A stretch of 64,000 nucleotides of DNA from Flavobacteriales bacterium (GTDB lineage: Bacteria > Bacteroidota > Bacteroidia > NS11-12g > UBA955): positions 9,072 through 73,071 of the forward strand of contig CANFLS010000002.1 of the NCBI GenBank assembly GCA_947447955.1. The letters run 5' to 3'. How positions within the stretch are numbered: the stretch's first letter is position 1; each line of letters opens with the position of its first letter. A program made the translations under genes and the position numbers. Positions 1 to 8,059 of the stretch are shown here, piece by piece. Below the pieces are notes generated by a model. The model was not told the origin of the DNA, made no database searches, and was given only the letters and a program-made list of their open reading frames with translations.

Positions 1-2
1 TT

Positions 3-845
3 ATGATTCGAAAAGCACAAAGACAAAAAGCAAAAATTAAACTCGCCCTACAAGGATCTAGTGGTTCTGGAAAAACGTATTCCGCACTTCAAATAGCAAA
101 TGGTATGGCTGAATGGAATAAAATCTGTGTCATTGATACAGAAAACAATTCAGCTGATTTGTACTCACATTTAGGACCGTACAACGTGCTTACATTAAGC
201 AAACCTTTCACTCCTGAAAAGTACATTGAAGCCATCTCAGAATGCGAAAAATTAGAAATGGAAGTCATTATCATTGATTCCCTATCTCATGAATGGGATG
301 GAGATGGAGGGATTTTAGAAACACATTCAAATATGCCAGGTAATTCATTTACGAACTGGTCTAAATTGACTCCGCGACATAATGCCTGTGTTCAAAGAAT
401 CCTAAACGTAAATGCCCATGTAATCGCAACATTGAGAACCAAACAAGATTATGTCCTTACAGATAAAAATGGAAAGATGGTTCCTGAGAAAGTAGGTTTA
501 AAATCTATTACCCGTGATGGTATGGATTATGAGTTTACAATTGTGTTTGAAATAGATATCACGCATAAATGTGCTGCATCCAAAGATAGAACAGGAATAT
601 TTGTTCAGGATTTTCCATTTCAAGCTTCCAAGATAACAGGACAGCGAATTCTAAACTGGTGTGAAAGCGGAGATAAAACAATTGCTCAACAGATTGAAGA
701 ATGTACCGACGTACAATCCCTCAAAATTCTGTATTACGATTTGTCCCTATCTGAAAAGTCAATGTATCACAAGGATTTTTTAGCCCGTCAAATAGAACTT
801 AAACCAAAATTTGAAAGCAATGGAGCTAGCCACATTCATCAATGA
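3..845 (+). CDS. AAA_24/Sak4-like P-loop ATPase (phage/element recombination-associated ATP-binding protein). The start sits at the window edge and may be 5'-partial.
   Basis: Walker A 'GSSGSGKT' near the N-terminus, a Walker B-like 'VIIIDS' and RecA-like spacing. This is typical of phage AAA_24 ATPases and lies on the integrase-bearing element. Confidence 0.55.
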   Translation: MIRKAQRQKAKIKLALQGSSGSGKTYSALQIANGMAEWNKICVIDTENNSADLYSHLGPYNVLTLSKPFTPEKYIEAISECEKLEMEVIIIDSLSHEWDGDGGILETHSNMPGNSFTNWSKLTPRHNACVQRILNVNAHVIATLRTKQDYVLTDKNGKMVPEKVGLKSITRDGMDYEFTIVFEIDITHKCAASKDRTGIFVQDFPFQASKITGQRILNWCESGDKTIAQQIEECTDVQSLKILYYDLSLSEKSMYHKDFLARQIELKPKFESNGASHIHQ

Positions 846-1758
846 GAACATCGCAGAAGCGAGAGTTTCATCCGACAGCCGATTTATTCATGCGAATACA
901 AAATCTGTTTCATTAAACCACCTTAGAGACGATTGCGTAATACCAGTTTTTTCGAAGGACAATGAACCAACTATTAGCAATGCAGACTTCGTTGAAAGCG
1001 TTTATAATGCTGTTCAGAATGTATTTTGCACGGAGGACATTCTTTTGCCTTCTGTAAGGGTTTCTCATCCAATTAAGGGTAGAATTCCAGATGCAAAAGA
1101 TAAGGCAGCAGAAGAGCTCCTAGACGGCGAAAAAACGGTTTATTATGAACGGGTAATGTTCACTATTGAAATCCCTTCTATTTATCGTGTAATCAATGGC
1201 AATCACCTTACTTTGACTGTCGGTGGTGTTAGGGGTTATCACCTAGAAAACCTTTATTCTAAGCGTTCTTTACAGAAATTCAAGGTATTTGTTGGTTTCA
1301 GAAACAGGGTTTGTTGTAATATGTGCGTCAGTACCGATGGAATCTTGGATGATTTAAAAGTAGGTACGAGTTCTGAGCTTTCGGACACAACAGAAAATCT
1401 ACTTTTGAAGTACGAATCAGCAGAAACTTTGGCTCAATATTCTCATTGGGGAAGAACCAAACTTACCGAACAGCAATTTGCTGAATTCTTGGGAAGATGT
1501 AGAATGTTGAATTTTATGCCATCCATTGAAAAGAAGAAGCTGCCAGAATTATTGTTTACCGACCATCACTTAAATTTGGTTGCTGAGGGATATTTCAAAG
1601 ACCAACACTTCGGTAGAGAAAAAGACGGCAGCATTGACCTATGGAAACTTTACAACCTATTTACAAGTGCTAACAAATCAAGTTATATTGATCGATTCCT
1701 AGATAGAGGCGTAAATGCAGCCACAGTAATTTCTAATTTAGAAAGTTATTTATTCTGA
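811..1758 (+). CDS. DUF3871-like hypothetical protein. It is commonly paired with an AAA ATPase on Bacteroidota mobile elements.
   Basis: 315-aa ORF that overlaps the end of the ATPase gene. I recognise the family only loosely from memory of the ATPase+DUF3871 pairing. Confidence 0.35.
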   Translation: MKAMELATFINENIAEARVSSDSRFIHANTKSVSLNHLRDDCVIPVFSKDNEPTISNADFVESVYNAVQNVFCTEDILLPSVRVSHPIKGRIPDAKDKAAEELLDGEKTVYYERVMFTIEIPSIYRVINGNHLTLTVGGVRGYHLENLYSKRSLQKFKVFVGFRNRVCCNMCVSTDGILDDLKVGTSSELSDTTENLLLKYESAETLAQYSHWGRTKLTEQQFAEFLGRCRMLNFMPSIEKKKLPELLFTDHHLNLVAEGYFKDQHFGREKDGSIDLWKLYNLFTSANKSSYIDRFLDRGVNAATVISNLESYLF

Positions 1759-1788
1759 CTGTAGTTGCGTTGATTAACTTTTAATGTG

Positions 1789-1824
1789 AATCCCTCCAAT
1801 TTAATTGGGGGGATTTATTTTTAT
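1789..1824. terminator. Bidirectional hairpin terminator between convergent genes
   Basis: Imperfect inverted repeat 'aatccctccaa...ttggggggatt' followed by a T-rich run. It sits between the + gene ending at 1758 and the - gene ending at 1855. Confidence 0.4.
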
Positions 1825-1854
1825 ATTGAGCAATTCTAAATATTTTAAACCCTA

Positions 1855-2439
1855 TTATAAAATCAGCCAAGTCATCATAACAACCACATAAGCTCCAAAA
1901 CTAATCAAGCCAATTTTCTTGTTATGTTTTCCTACTTTTTCACGTTCAGCATTATTCATGGCAGCTTTACTTGCATCGTATTTGGGATTCGGAACTAAAT
2001 GCGAATAATTCACACCATAAGATTCCCATTTTGTTACTGTATCATTTGTAAACCAAAATTGAACATACGTTTCAATCGTTGAACTATTAACGGTTTGTCT
2101 ATTAACTTGATTTTGAGTTGTATTTAAAGCTCTATCCTGTGGTCTTAAATAAGGATTCAAGGGATCCTGATATATCCTTCCGACACCGCTTGAAAAGCCA
2201 ATACTTGTTGAGTTTGTTACTTCCGATAATTTGAAGTACCAATTTTCAATATTCTCAAAAGTTTCCTTTCTAGTCGGAGTACCATATTTTACAAATACAG
2301 ATTTTTTAGTTGGAAAATCCTCAGTCATAACCTCGTTGTGCGGTTTCATAATTGATTCCGATATAGTATACGGTGGAGGAACAACTGCACAAGAACTTAC
2401 CCAAATCACTACTAATAAAGCTAATAAATAATTTTTCAT
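1855..2439 (-). CDS. Hypothetical lipoprotein
   Basis: N-terminal signal peptide 'MKNYLLALLVVIWVSSC' with a lipobox Cys. No recognisable catalytic motif. Confidence 0.5.
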   Translation of the reverse strand: MKNYLLALLVVIWVSSCAVVPPPYTISESIMKPHNEVMTEDFPTKKSVFVKYGTPTRKETFENIENWYFKLSEVTNSTSIGFSSGVGRIYQDPLNPYLRPQDRALNTTQNQVNRQTVNSSTIETYVQFWFTNDTVTKWESYGVNYSHLVPNPKYDASKAAMNNAEREKVGKHNKKIGLISFGAYVVVMMTWLIL

Positions 2440-2504
2440 TATTGCAAATCTAAAGCATCAAACCTATTATTTGAAAAAAATCCATAAACTTTAATAACAC
2501 CATT

Positions 2505-2954
2505 ATGAAAAACCCAAACATACAAGAAATCAAACTCCATTATATTGCAAACACAAGCAATGAACCAATCACCATAAAAAGCTCACAGGAAGCGTTTAAG
2601 GCCTTCAAAAACATCTTTGATCAAAATACCTTAGCCGTTAGGGAAGAGTTCAATATAATCTATTTAAATAGGGCAAACAAAGTCATCGGAACCTACCAAG
2701 ATTTCAAAGGCGGAATTACAGGTGTAGCAGTCGATTTAAGGCTGATATTTGCTGTTGCTTTAAAATGCCTTGCTGTAACCATTATAGTGGCCCACAACCA
2801 TCCTACGAACAATTTAAAACCATCACAGGAAGATTTAGACATTACACAGAAACTTCATGATGTAGGAAAAATCCTCGACATCAAACTAATGGACCATCTG
2901 ATTCTAGGAACGGATAACAATTATGTGAGTTTTGTGCAGGAAGGGTGGATGTGA
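2505..2954 (+). CDS. radC: RadC-like JAB/MPN domain protein
   Basis: JAMM motif 'HNHP' plus a downstream 'D' in 'VAHNHPTNNLKPSQEDLDIT', in a 149-aa protein. This is typical of RadC proteins on mobile elements. Confidence 0.8.
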   Translation: MKNPNIQEIKLHYIANTSNEPITIKSSQEAFKAFKNIFDQNTLAVREEFNIIYLNRANKVIGTYQDFKGGITGVAVDLRLIFAVALKCLAVTIIVAHNHPTNNLKPSQEDLDITQKLHDVGKILDIKLMDHLILGTDNNYVSFVQEGWM

Positions 2955-3032
2955 TGAAAATCAAAAATTCCGTTCATTTAATTAAAATTTAAAATATATC
3001 TAAATTTAACACAAAAAATTATCTTTGCCATT

Positions 3033-3767
3033 ATGCAATTCAGGAAATTTATAATGATGATAGTTTTAGGTTTGATGTTTTCTAATTTATCCAGCCAATC
3101 AAAATTATCAGTAGAAAAAAAGCTAACTCCGACTGGATTTGGAAAATTAAAAATTAACAAGACAACAGTTTCAGACTTGTTGAAGGGTGATTCAGATATT
3201 TTGTATTTTTTTTTAATAAAAAACAACATCGACACTTTAACAGGGAATGGGCCTGATTTCAATGAGTTTGGGTCAGAATTTTCGAATATTCTAATTTATT
3301 CAAATTTGTATTATGGCTACAAAGTAAGAATGGGAATCATCAAAGAATACACCATAGGAGAATCAAAAATAAATTTGGCTTTGGTGTTTTATAATGATAC
3401 TTTAGTTCAATTAACTATAGCTAATTTAAATTCTGAACTTCATGATCAATGGAAATTAAAATACGGGGATGGTATCTTGACATCTCAACTCAAAAAGATT
3501 AAGTGTAGCAATATGTATGGAGAATTTAGTGAAGAAGAATTGTATTCAACAGTTAACTGGGGCAATAATTTATCGAAAGTATTAGCAACCTGGGAGTTTG
3601 ATAAATATTATGATTCAAAATGTCAAAAACAATATATGGATTATTTTAAGGTACAAAATCCTAAAAAAATGAAAATTGTAGAAACAATTTCGAATAAAAA
3701 CATATTGAAAATTCAGGGATTAATTGAAAGAAAAAAGAAAAATGAAGCTTTAAAATCAGACCTCTAA
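3033..3767 (+). CDS. Hypothetical secreted protein
   Basis: Signal-peptide-like N-terminus 'MMIVLGLMFSNLSSQ'. No motif recognised. Confidence 0.45.
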   Translation: MQFRKFIMMIVLGLMFSNLSSQSKLSVEKKLTPTGFGKLKINKTTVSDLLKGDSDILYFFLIKNNIDTLTGNGPDFNEFGSEFSNILIYSNLYYGYKVRMGIIKEYTIGESKINLALVFYNDTLVQLTIANLNSELHDQWKLKYGDGILTSQLKKIKCSNMYGEFSEEELYSTVNWGNNLSKVLATWEFDKYYDSKCQKQYMDYFKVQNPKKMKIVETISNKNILKIQGLIERKKKNEALKSDL

Positions 3768-3793
3768 ATACTTATTTTAAATTCCAACTTAAC

Positions 3794-4084
3794 TCAATCA
3801 GTCCTTTGTAACCACTCCAATCCTTTCATAGTCCAGCTTATAAGCAATTCACATTCTTCTGGAGACAACCCTTTTGTTCTGTTTATCTCAAACGTATCGA
3901 TAGATACATGAAAACCACCTAGACATTCTAAGTCCCAAATTACGTAAGTATTGCTTTCATCAAGATATGCATCTGCATTCAGAACTTGCTCATCTCTATT
4001 AAATTTACATATTAGAATCCTTTTGGATGGATCACGTGGTGCTAATGCATATTGAAAAGGCCCGTAAGAAATATAGTTATACAA
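3794..4084 (-). CDS. Small hypothetical protein, paralogue 1 of a tandem pair
   Basis: 96 aa. Its C-terminal half aligns with the neighbouring 100-aa protein: 'VIWDLECLGGFHVSIDTFEINRTKGLSPEECELLISWT' against 'VVWEVDEIGTYHVSLDNLDIDKTEGLFQEETELLQFWT'. Confidence 0.55.
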   Translation of the reverse strand: MYNYISYGPFQYALAPRDPSKRILICKFNRDEQVLNADAYLDESNTYVIWDLECLGGFHVSIDTFEINRTKGLSPEECELLISWTMKGLEWLQRTD

Positions 4085-4126
4085 AACTTGAGTTTTTTAA
4101 TTGAAGTTAATTGTTAAAACATGACA

Positions 4127-4429
4127 TCAGCCTTCTAACAAATGCATTCCATGGTGATTTGTCCAGAATTGGAGCAATTCAGTTTCTTCTTGAAATAAGC
4201 CTTCCGTTTTATCAATATCCAAATTGTCTAATGAAACGTGATAGGTTCCTATTTCATCAACTTCCCATACTACACACGTTTTACTAATATTAAGCGAACC
4301 TTCGGCAGTGATTCTTTGTTCTCCTCTGTGCAGAGTGCCAATTATTACTGTTTTCAAAGGGTCATAATCTGACCTAGGTGTTTCAACTGGAGGTTCAGCA
4401 ATTTTCAATTTGATGTCATTGGTGGTCAT
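4127..4429 (-). CDS. Small hypothetical protein, paralogue 2 of a tandem pair
   Basis: 100 aa, paralogous to 3794..4084. Immediately downstream of the caspase-like gene on the same strand. Confidence 0.55.
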   Translation of the reverse strand: MTTNDIKLKIAEPPVETPRSDYDPLKTVIIGTLHRGEQRITAEGSLNISKTCVVWEVDEIGTYHVSLDNLDIDKTEGLFQEETELLQFWTNHHGMHLLEG

Positions 4430-4485
4430 TTTGAGGGATTTTGTCTATGATTTTTATTAATTATTGAAACCTAAATGAGTATTTC

Positions 4486-5217
4486 TTAATTTAACTTAAA
4501 AAGCTTTGAAAATTCTTGTAAATTCAAGTTGCCCAAGATGTAATCACTCTTTTGAACAGCAAGTTCATCTTTATTTATTTCCTGAACAAATTGTTCAAAG
4601 CTAAATGCTGAATTTTCATTTAATTTTTCCATCAGGGATATGAAGAATTTTTGTGTACCATATCCTCCATGAAAATTTGTATAAGCGAAATTCTCAAGTT
4701 CAGTAACATAGTACATCATGTAAAATGAGTTCATGCAATTTAGGGTATTTTCCCATTGCACTCTATTCTGTTCCGATTTTCCAGGAAAAGAGTATTCTTT
4801 TCTTAAAACTTCAAACTTAGGCGAATTAGGTGCAGGGTTGTTTGACCTACAACAATCCATAAAAATCCATTGTTTCTTATTAGGCCTTATGAATTCAGAT
4901 TCATATATGCTCTGGCCATCCTTAAGAGGGATTTGAATTCTTCTATCCACAAAATTTGAATGTCCCGAAAAATATATAAACGTATAATCAGAAGCGTCTA
5001 TTAACTCAAATATTGCATCACGGGTAATGTCATTTGTTTTGCATGTTGAAATTTCATCATCATTAAAAGAACCACCTGAAGCGGAAGTCAAAAAACACTT
5101 AATAAGTCCCAAATCCGATTCGGATTTAAACTCTTCAGAAGCGTCTAAGCTATTATCATTACAAAGAAGAATTGCTTTTCTTGTGATTTTTTTATGTTCA
5201 TTCATGGGATTATGCAT
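4486..5217 (-). CDS. Caspase-like (peptidase C14 / CHAT-like fold) cysteine protease domain protein
   Basis: beta1-like 'KAILLCND'. Catalytic-His motif 'IYFSGHS'. Catalytic-Cys motif 'IFMDCCRS' about 46 residues later, which matches the caspase/metacaspase His-Cys dyad spacing. The start overlaps the upstream small gene by 8 nt. Confidence 0.6.
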   Translation of the reverse strand: MHNPMNEHKKITRKAILLCNDNSLDASEEFKSESDLGLIKCFLTSASGGSFNDDEISTCKTNDITRDAIFELIDASDYTFIYFSGHSNFVDRRIQIPLKDGQSIYESEFIRPNKKQWIFMDCCRSNNPAPNSPKFEVLRKEYSFPGKSEQNRVQWENTLNCMNSFYMMYYVTELENFAYTNFHGGYGTQKFFISLMEKLNENSAFSFEQFVQEINKDELAVQKSDYILGNLNLQEFSKLFKLN

Positions 5218-5512
5218 CTTTATTTGTCCTGAAAATTTCTATTGCTAAATTCCTTTTTTCATGGAAAACTGTTGGGTGTACATACTCGCATTTGCCATCT
5301 TTTTCTATCCGAAAATATTCTATATGACGATGTATTCCAGCACCATCATTCGAAACATCATCTGGGACTACAGCCAGGAGATATACAATTTCTTCTAATT
5401 CGTAGTAAATCACATTTAAACAACGTCTGCTACCCCACGACAAATAATCAATTATTTGAGTTTCAAGCCTTGCATTAAACTCATCAACTGTTATTTGCTG
5501 TTCATTGGTCAT
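5210..5512 (-). CDS. Small hypothetical protein (100 aa) in an operon with the caspase-like gene
   Basis: Overlaps the downstream caspase-like ORF, so translational coupling is likely. Its start ATG overlaps the stop of an upstream paralogue remnant (ATGA). Confidence 0.5.
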   Translation of the reverse strand: MTNEQQITVDEFNARLETQIIDYLSWGSRRCLNVIYYELEEIVYLLAVVPDDVSNDGAGIHRHIEYFRIEKDGKCEYVHPTVFHEKRNLAIEIFRTNKDA

Positions 5513-5652
5513 ATTGGTATTTTATTTTTAGGTATAAGCAATTTTGTCCAAAATTGAAGCATCTCTGATTCTTCTGACGACAAACCTTCCGTTTTATCAA
5601 CAATTAATTTATATTGGATATATTTTTCAACTACTTCAATTTGCCTAACTTT
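5509..5652 (-). pseudogene. C-terminal remnant of a third member of the small-protein paralogue family. It has no start codon.
   Basis: The minus-strand frame translates to '...KLIVDKTEGLSSEESEMLQFWTKLLIPKNKIPI*'. This matches the C-termini of the 3794..4084 and 4127..4429 proteins, and the nucleotide string 'ccttccgttttatcaa' is shared with 4127..4429. There is no ATG in frame after the upstream stop. Confidence 0.45.
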
Positions 5653-7097
5653 TTCATATTGTTATATGTCCATGAGTTTTGTTTAGACGCAAAAAGTTGA
5701 CGACCATTTTTTTTGTAAAACTCTTCACCTGTCAGTGGATCCCGAATTTTTACTGACCACAAATCATCTTTAAAAAGAAGGTGCTCAGTTAGACTTCTTA
5801 TTGCACCACCAGCAGTAGTAACATTATAAACCGAAACATATTGCTTTCCACGCCTCGTCACTTCTACCTTGTTTAGAACTGCGTTTTTTGAAAGAATATA
5901 CTCTTCGGCTTTTTTGTGTTTTTTAGTACGTTCATCTTCAATTGTATCAGACCATCTAAATCTACTATCTACAATTGGGAATTTAACATTCGCTGATATT
6001 TCGATACCTTTATTCTTCAATTCAGAAATAATGAAATTAACAGAATCTTCAAACCGAAGCAAACTGGGAATTTCAGGTACAACAATTAAATTCACCCCAT
6101 ATTGTTTACATTTTTCTATTTTAAGTTTGTCATCTTGCAACAATTTTTTAGTTCCTCTATGATACTTTTCTGAGTAATGTTGTTTACCATTATGTTCAAA
6201 AGCAATTTTTAAATGATCAGAAAACCCATCTAATTCTAGTCGATTTCCTTCATTATTTAGCAACCATGTAGGTCTAACTTTTAAAAACGGAACTTCGAAA
6301 ATTGATTCGAAAATAAATCTACAAACTCTTTCGCCGACACCAGCTGAACAATAGGGACACCAAATTGATTGACTTTTGATAGTGCTATATTTTGATTTAA
6401 ACTCATGTCCATCTTTACATTTCCAAACTTGCAACTCATATGGATTGTATGTTTCTGATAAAAACTTTCCGTTCCTTGTTTCGGCGAGTGAAATACAATC
6501 TGCAATTGTAACTTTCCCTTTACCACTGCATTTTGGGCAATTTTGTTTATGATTTTTAATATTGTTGTATGTCATTGTAAAAACATGACCTTTTTTATTG
6601 CATTTCCATTGTGCTTTTATAGTTGTTCTATTTGGAATTTGAAGAGATAACAATTCACAATCCACGTGAATACCCGCCATTACATAATCATCTCGTGAAA
6701 CTTTTGTTCGGTCTTTTTGCCAAAGCTCAGTTGATAGACAAATTTTACACCAACTACCTTTAGATAAAGATTGTCCATGAGGATAAAATATATGCCCCTC
6801 ACCACATTTTACCTTGTATTTTGTATGTTGATTGATATATTGCTCACTTAGGAATTCACCACCTTTTTGTTTGCAAATTTCCCGCATGTCATCTATTGTA
6901 ATTTTCTTTTGGCCAGCACAATTAGGACACCAACTTCCTCTTAATATAGAATCCGCAGTGGCAGACCAAATGTGACCATGTTCACATTCCCAATCATAAT
7001 GTGCTTTTACACCAGAATATTCACTACTAAGGCATTTACCCAATTTTTCATTTGCGGTAAAACGCAAGTCTGTTATAGTTTTCTTTGGGTTATTCAT
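5631..7097 (-). CDS. Multi-zinc-ribbon (DUF4379-like repeats) protein with a C-terminal Vsr/DUF559-like (restriction-endonuclease-fold) domain
   Basis: About five repeats of 'W.C..GH.W......G.WCP.C' in the N-terminal 250 aa. The C-terminal 'LELDGFSDHLKIAFEHNGKQHY' matches the DUF559/Vsr 'vDF....klaiEvDGgqH' pattern. Confidence 0.5.
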   Translation of the reverse strand: MNNPKKTITDLRFTANEKLGKCLSSEYSGVKAHYDWECEHGHIWSATADSILRGSWCPNCAGQKKITIDDMREICKQKGGEFLSEQYINQHTKYKVKCGEGHIFYPHGQSLSKGSWCKICLSTELWQKDRTKVSRDDYVMAGIHVDCELLSLQIPNRTTIKAQWKCNKKGHVFTMTYNNIKNHKQNCPKCSGKGKVTIADCISLAETRNGKFLSETYNPYELQVWKCKDGHEFKSKYSTIKSQSIWCPYCSAGVGERVCRFIFESIFEVPFLKVRPTWLLNNEGNRLELDGFSDHLKIAFEHNGKQHYSEKYHRGTKKLLQDDKLKIEKCKQYGVNLIVVPEIPSLLRFEDSVNFIISELKNKGIEISANVKFPIVDSRFRWSDTIEDERTKKHKKAEEYILSKNAVLNKVEVTRRGKQYVSVYNVTTAGGAIRSLTEHLLFKDDLWSVKIRDPLTGEEFYKKNGRQLFASKQNSWTYNNMKKLGKLK

Positions 7098-7192
7098 TAT
7101 ATATCGTGAAGCGTTTATTAAACTATTTAATGAATATCGAAATAAATTGAATTCGAGGGCAGTTTATTCAAAAATCACAAAAAAAATCCAAA

Positions 7193-7232
7193 TTACAACA
7201 AAAAAAACTCCACTCATTGCTGGGTGGAGTTG
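7193..7232 (-). terminator. Rho-independent terminator downstream of the 7256..7861 gene
   Basis: Hairpin 'ctccactcattgctgggtggag' followed, on the minus strand, by a T-run. Confidence 0.45.
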
Positions 7233-7255
7233 AAAACATGTAACATAAAAAGTAT

Positions 7256-7861
7256 CTAGAAAGAACATTCGGCATCGAATTTTTCTTGAAAATACTTTTT
7301 AGGATTACACAATAGCTTCTCACGCATTACCTCGAGGGTTTTATGACCGTGAATTCCAAAATACAGAACAGGTCCAATAAGCGAATTGTCTAATGGCACG
7401 ATTGCATCAAAAGGATTGTTAAATTCATCATTCCTACTAAATAGATTAAAAATCAGGTATGACAAGTTTAGGGATTTGTTGAGTTTGTTTAACTCTGCAA
7501 TTGCTTCTGCATCCAATACTACATCTTTATTTGGAGTTGGAAAATTAATTAATGGGTTTGTCAAATCTTTAAATTTTAGGCCAAATAGTTTACCTTGTTG
7601 CAATAGTTCAAAATTGATTTGCTTACCAAAATCGCCCCAAGTGTAACTACTCATTTCGATTACTGCGTCTTCGTAATCTTTGCGTGAATCAAATCCAAAA
7701 TTTCCATCTTGATGTTCACTTTTTGTTTTTTTAATTTTATCTATTATGTTCATGATATGTTTGCCTTTAGGCAATACAAAGATACAAAATGATAAAAAAA
7801 TTACCAGTAAAATGTATAAATATTTATCAACAGTTACGTTTACATTCAACCCATAAAACAA
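7256..7861 (-). CDS. Hypothetical membrane-anchored protein
   Basis: 201-aa ORF with a hydrophobic N-terminal segment 'YLYILLVIFLSFCIFVL'. Confidence 0.4.
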   Translation of the reverse strand: MFYGLNVNVTVDKYLYILLVIFLSFCIFVLPKGKHIMNIIDKIKKTKSEHQDGNFGFDSRKDYEDAVIEMSSYTWGDFGKQINFELLQQGKLFGLKFKDLTNPLINFPTPNKDVVLDAEAIAELNKLNKSLNLSYLIFNLFSRNDEFNNPFDAIVPLDNSLIGPVLYFGIHGHKTLEVMREKLLCNPKKYFQEKFDAECSF

Positions 7862-8059
7862 AGAAAAAGCAGGGCATTTAACAACCCTGCTTCAACTGGT
7901 TTAACGATTTTATTAGTAACGTATGGCTATTGCACTATCCTCTTTGATTGAAAGGATTTTTAATTTATTTAATTTGGCTGATAGGATACAAATGCATTGA
8001 ATTTCAAAACACATCACGCGACCTGTTTACAAATCTTTAATTTAACATATTTTATTAGA

